DNA of 62,162 nucleotides, filler included, from Ionaspis alba (Eukaryota): NCBI GenBank assembly GCA_964255285.1. It is 7 parts of 7 records of this genome, joined end to end, with 100 filler letters (N's around TTAATTAATTAA, not from the genome) between each part and the next. Parts side by side here need not be neighbours in the genome. Positions count along the whole stretch, not along the records: positions 53,415 to 62,162 come from CAXUUL010000706.1; 6 more parts are not named here. One strand, 5' to 3'. Shown piece by piece: positions 61,351 to 62,162 of this stretch (position 1 is its first letter; each line of letters starts with the position of its first letter). The notes under the pieces were generated by a model. It saw only the letters and a program-made list of their open reading frames with translations, ran no database searches and was not told where the DNA came from. The position numbers and the translations under genes were made by a program.

Positions 61351-61631
61351 TGGCCTATTGCAAAATGTAACATGATTTATGAGGTGGCTGAGAAATCGCG
61401 GTGTTCAATGTATTCCGCAAACTGGCGTGCTTGGTAAAGGATATCATAACCGACGTCATTGTAGGGTTCGGCCCAACCCCACCCTTGTATCGTAGTCCGG
61501 TTGTTCGTATGCGCCTATTTGAACCGATCTTATATGTCCCTTTCCCACCTACTAATTGAGCCGGAATCGCACCATCGATAATGCTAATCTAGAGACCAAA
61601 AGCGCCTTGGACATTGTAAGCCAAAAAGACT

Positions 61632-62162
61632 ATGGACAAACGGCCTGATAGGTATTTTCACTTGATCCCATGTGCCTAAAATACCAGGTTGCCATAGATA
61701 TTGTTCTGCGTTAGATCTCATACTAATACCAGCCATTATAGTCACAAGCGCTCCAAGTCATCTTTAGCTCTGTCAATACTCCATCGCGATCGTTTGAAAC
61801 ATGAGGCCAAAGATGACGACCCTTTGAGCGCTGTAACATCGAACGTCGATTCGCCTACAGGATCTCCGACATCCCCCTACCATGGCTTCGGCTCTCTACG
61901 TCCCAGCCGATCCAAGCCACAAGCTCCAGACTACAGCAACACGGCCGGAGCCCATCTACAGCCTACCCCATTTGTGGGGGGTACTTCCTCGACTAGGAAG
62001 CCAAAGGACTTGGGCTTGACAATTGAGCAGTCTGTGCGTGTGTTCCGAGTGTTTGAAGTCCTGAGGAATGGAGACCCTGCCTCAGTTGCCAAGGCGGTGA
62101 AAGAGAGTTCCAACCAATTGATGGTGCAAGAGAAGCCGGAAACTCAGCTGCAAGGTACTACG
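61632..62162 (+). CDS. OSH1: Oxysterol-binding protein Osh1/Swh1-like, 5' end
   Basis: Not in the ORF track. MDKRPD|SHKRSKSSLALSILHRD..IEQSVRVFRVFEVLRNGD..LQGTT, resembling the lead-in to the ankyrin repeats. Intron 61652-61741. Open at window end. Confidence 0.75.

Overview
Intron-rich filamentous ascomycete (Pezizomycotina) DNA, but not one locus. Six artificial linkers (N44-TTAATTAATTAA-N44) join seven pieces of strictly decreasing length (8830, 8828, 8804, 8799, 8785, 8768, 8748 bp), so this is a size-sorted concatenation of unlinked scaffolds and neighbourhood across linkers is meaningless. Recognisable genes: LYS9 3' end, F-box protein, CRT10-like, DAO-family oxidoreductase, SER1, LYS4, RPE1 (partial), SAM-methyltransferase-domain protein, PlsC acyltransferase, DUF3328/UstYa oxidase, ISN1, NTE1, Vps3/Vps39-family, COY1, DUF3455, FHA protein, SLT2-type MAPK, a glycosyltransferase-like protein, a membrane lectin-like protein and the OSH1 5' end, plus several pseudogenes. 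Most interesting: (1) a DUF3328 gene divergent from a signal-peptide/Kex2-site gene that runs off the scaffold end, a candidate new fungal RiPP (dikaritin/KEP) pair; (2) a 5'-truncated 5S rRNA with a hairpin at the junction and accessory-looking genes upstream, a candidate boundary of a 5S-targeting (Starship-like) element; (3) about 900 nt of densely base-paired non-coding DNA just downstream, a candidate unannotated ncRNA. Family calls come from recalled motifs and helices were found by eye; no searches were run.
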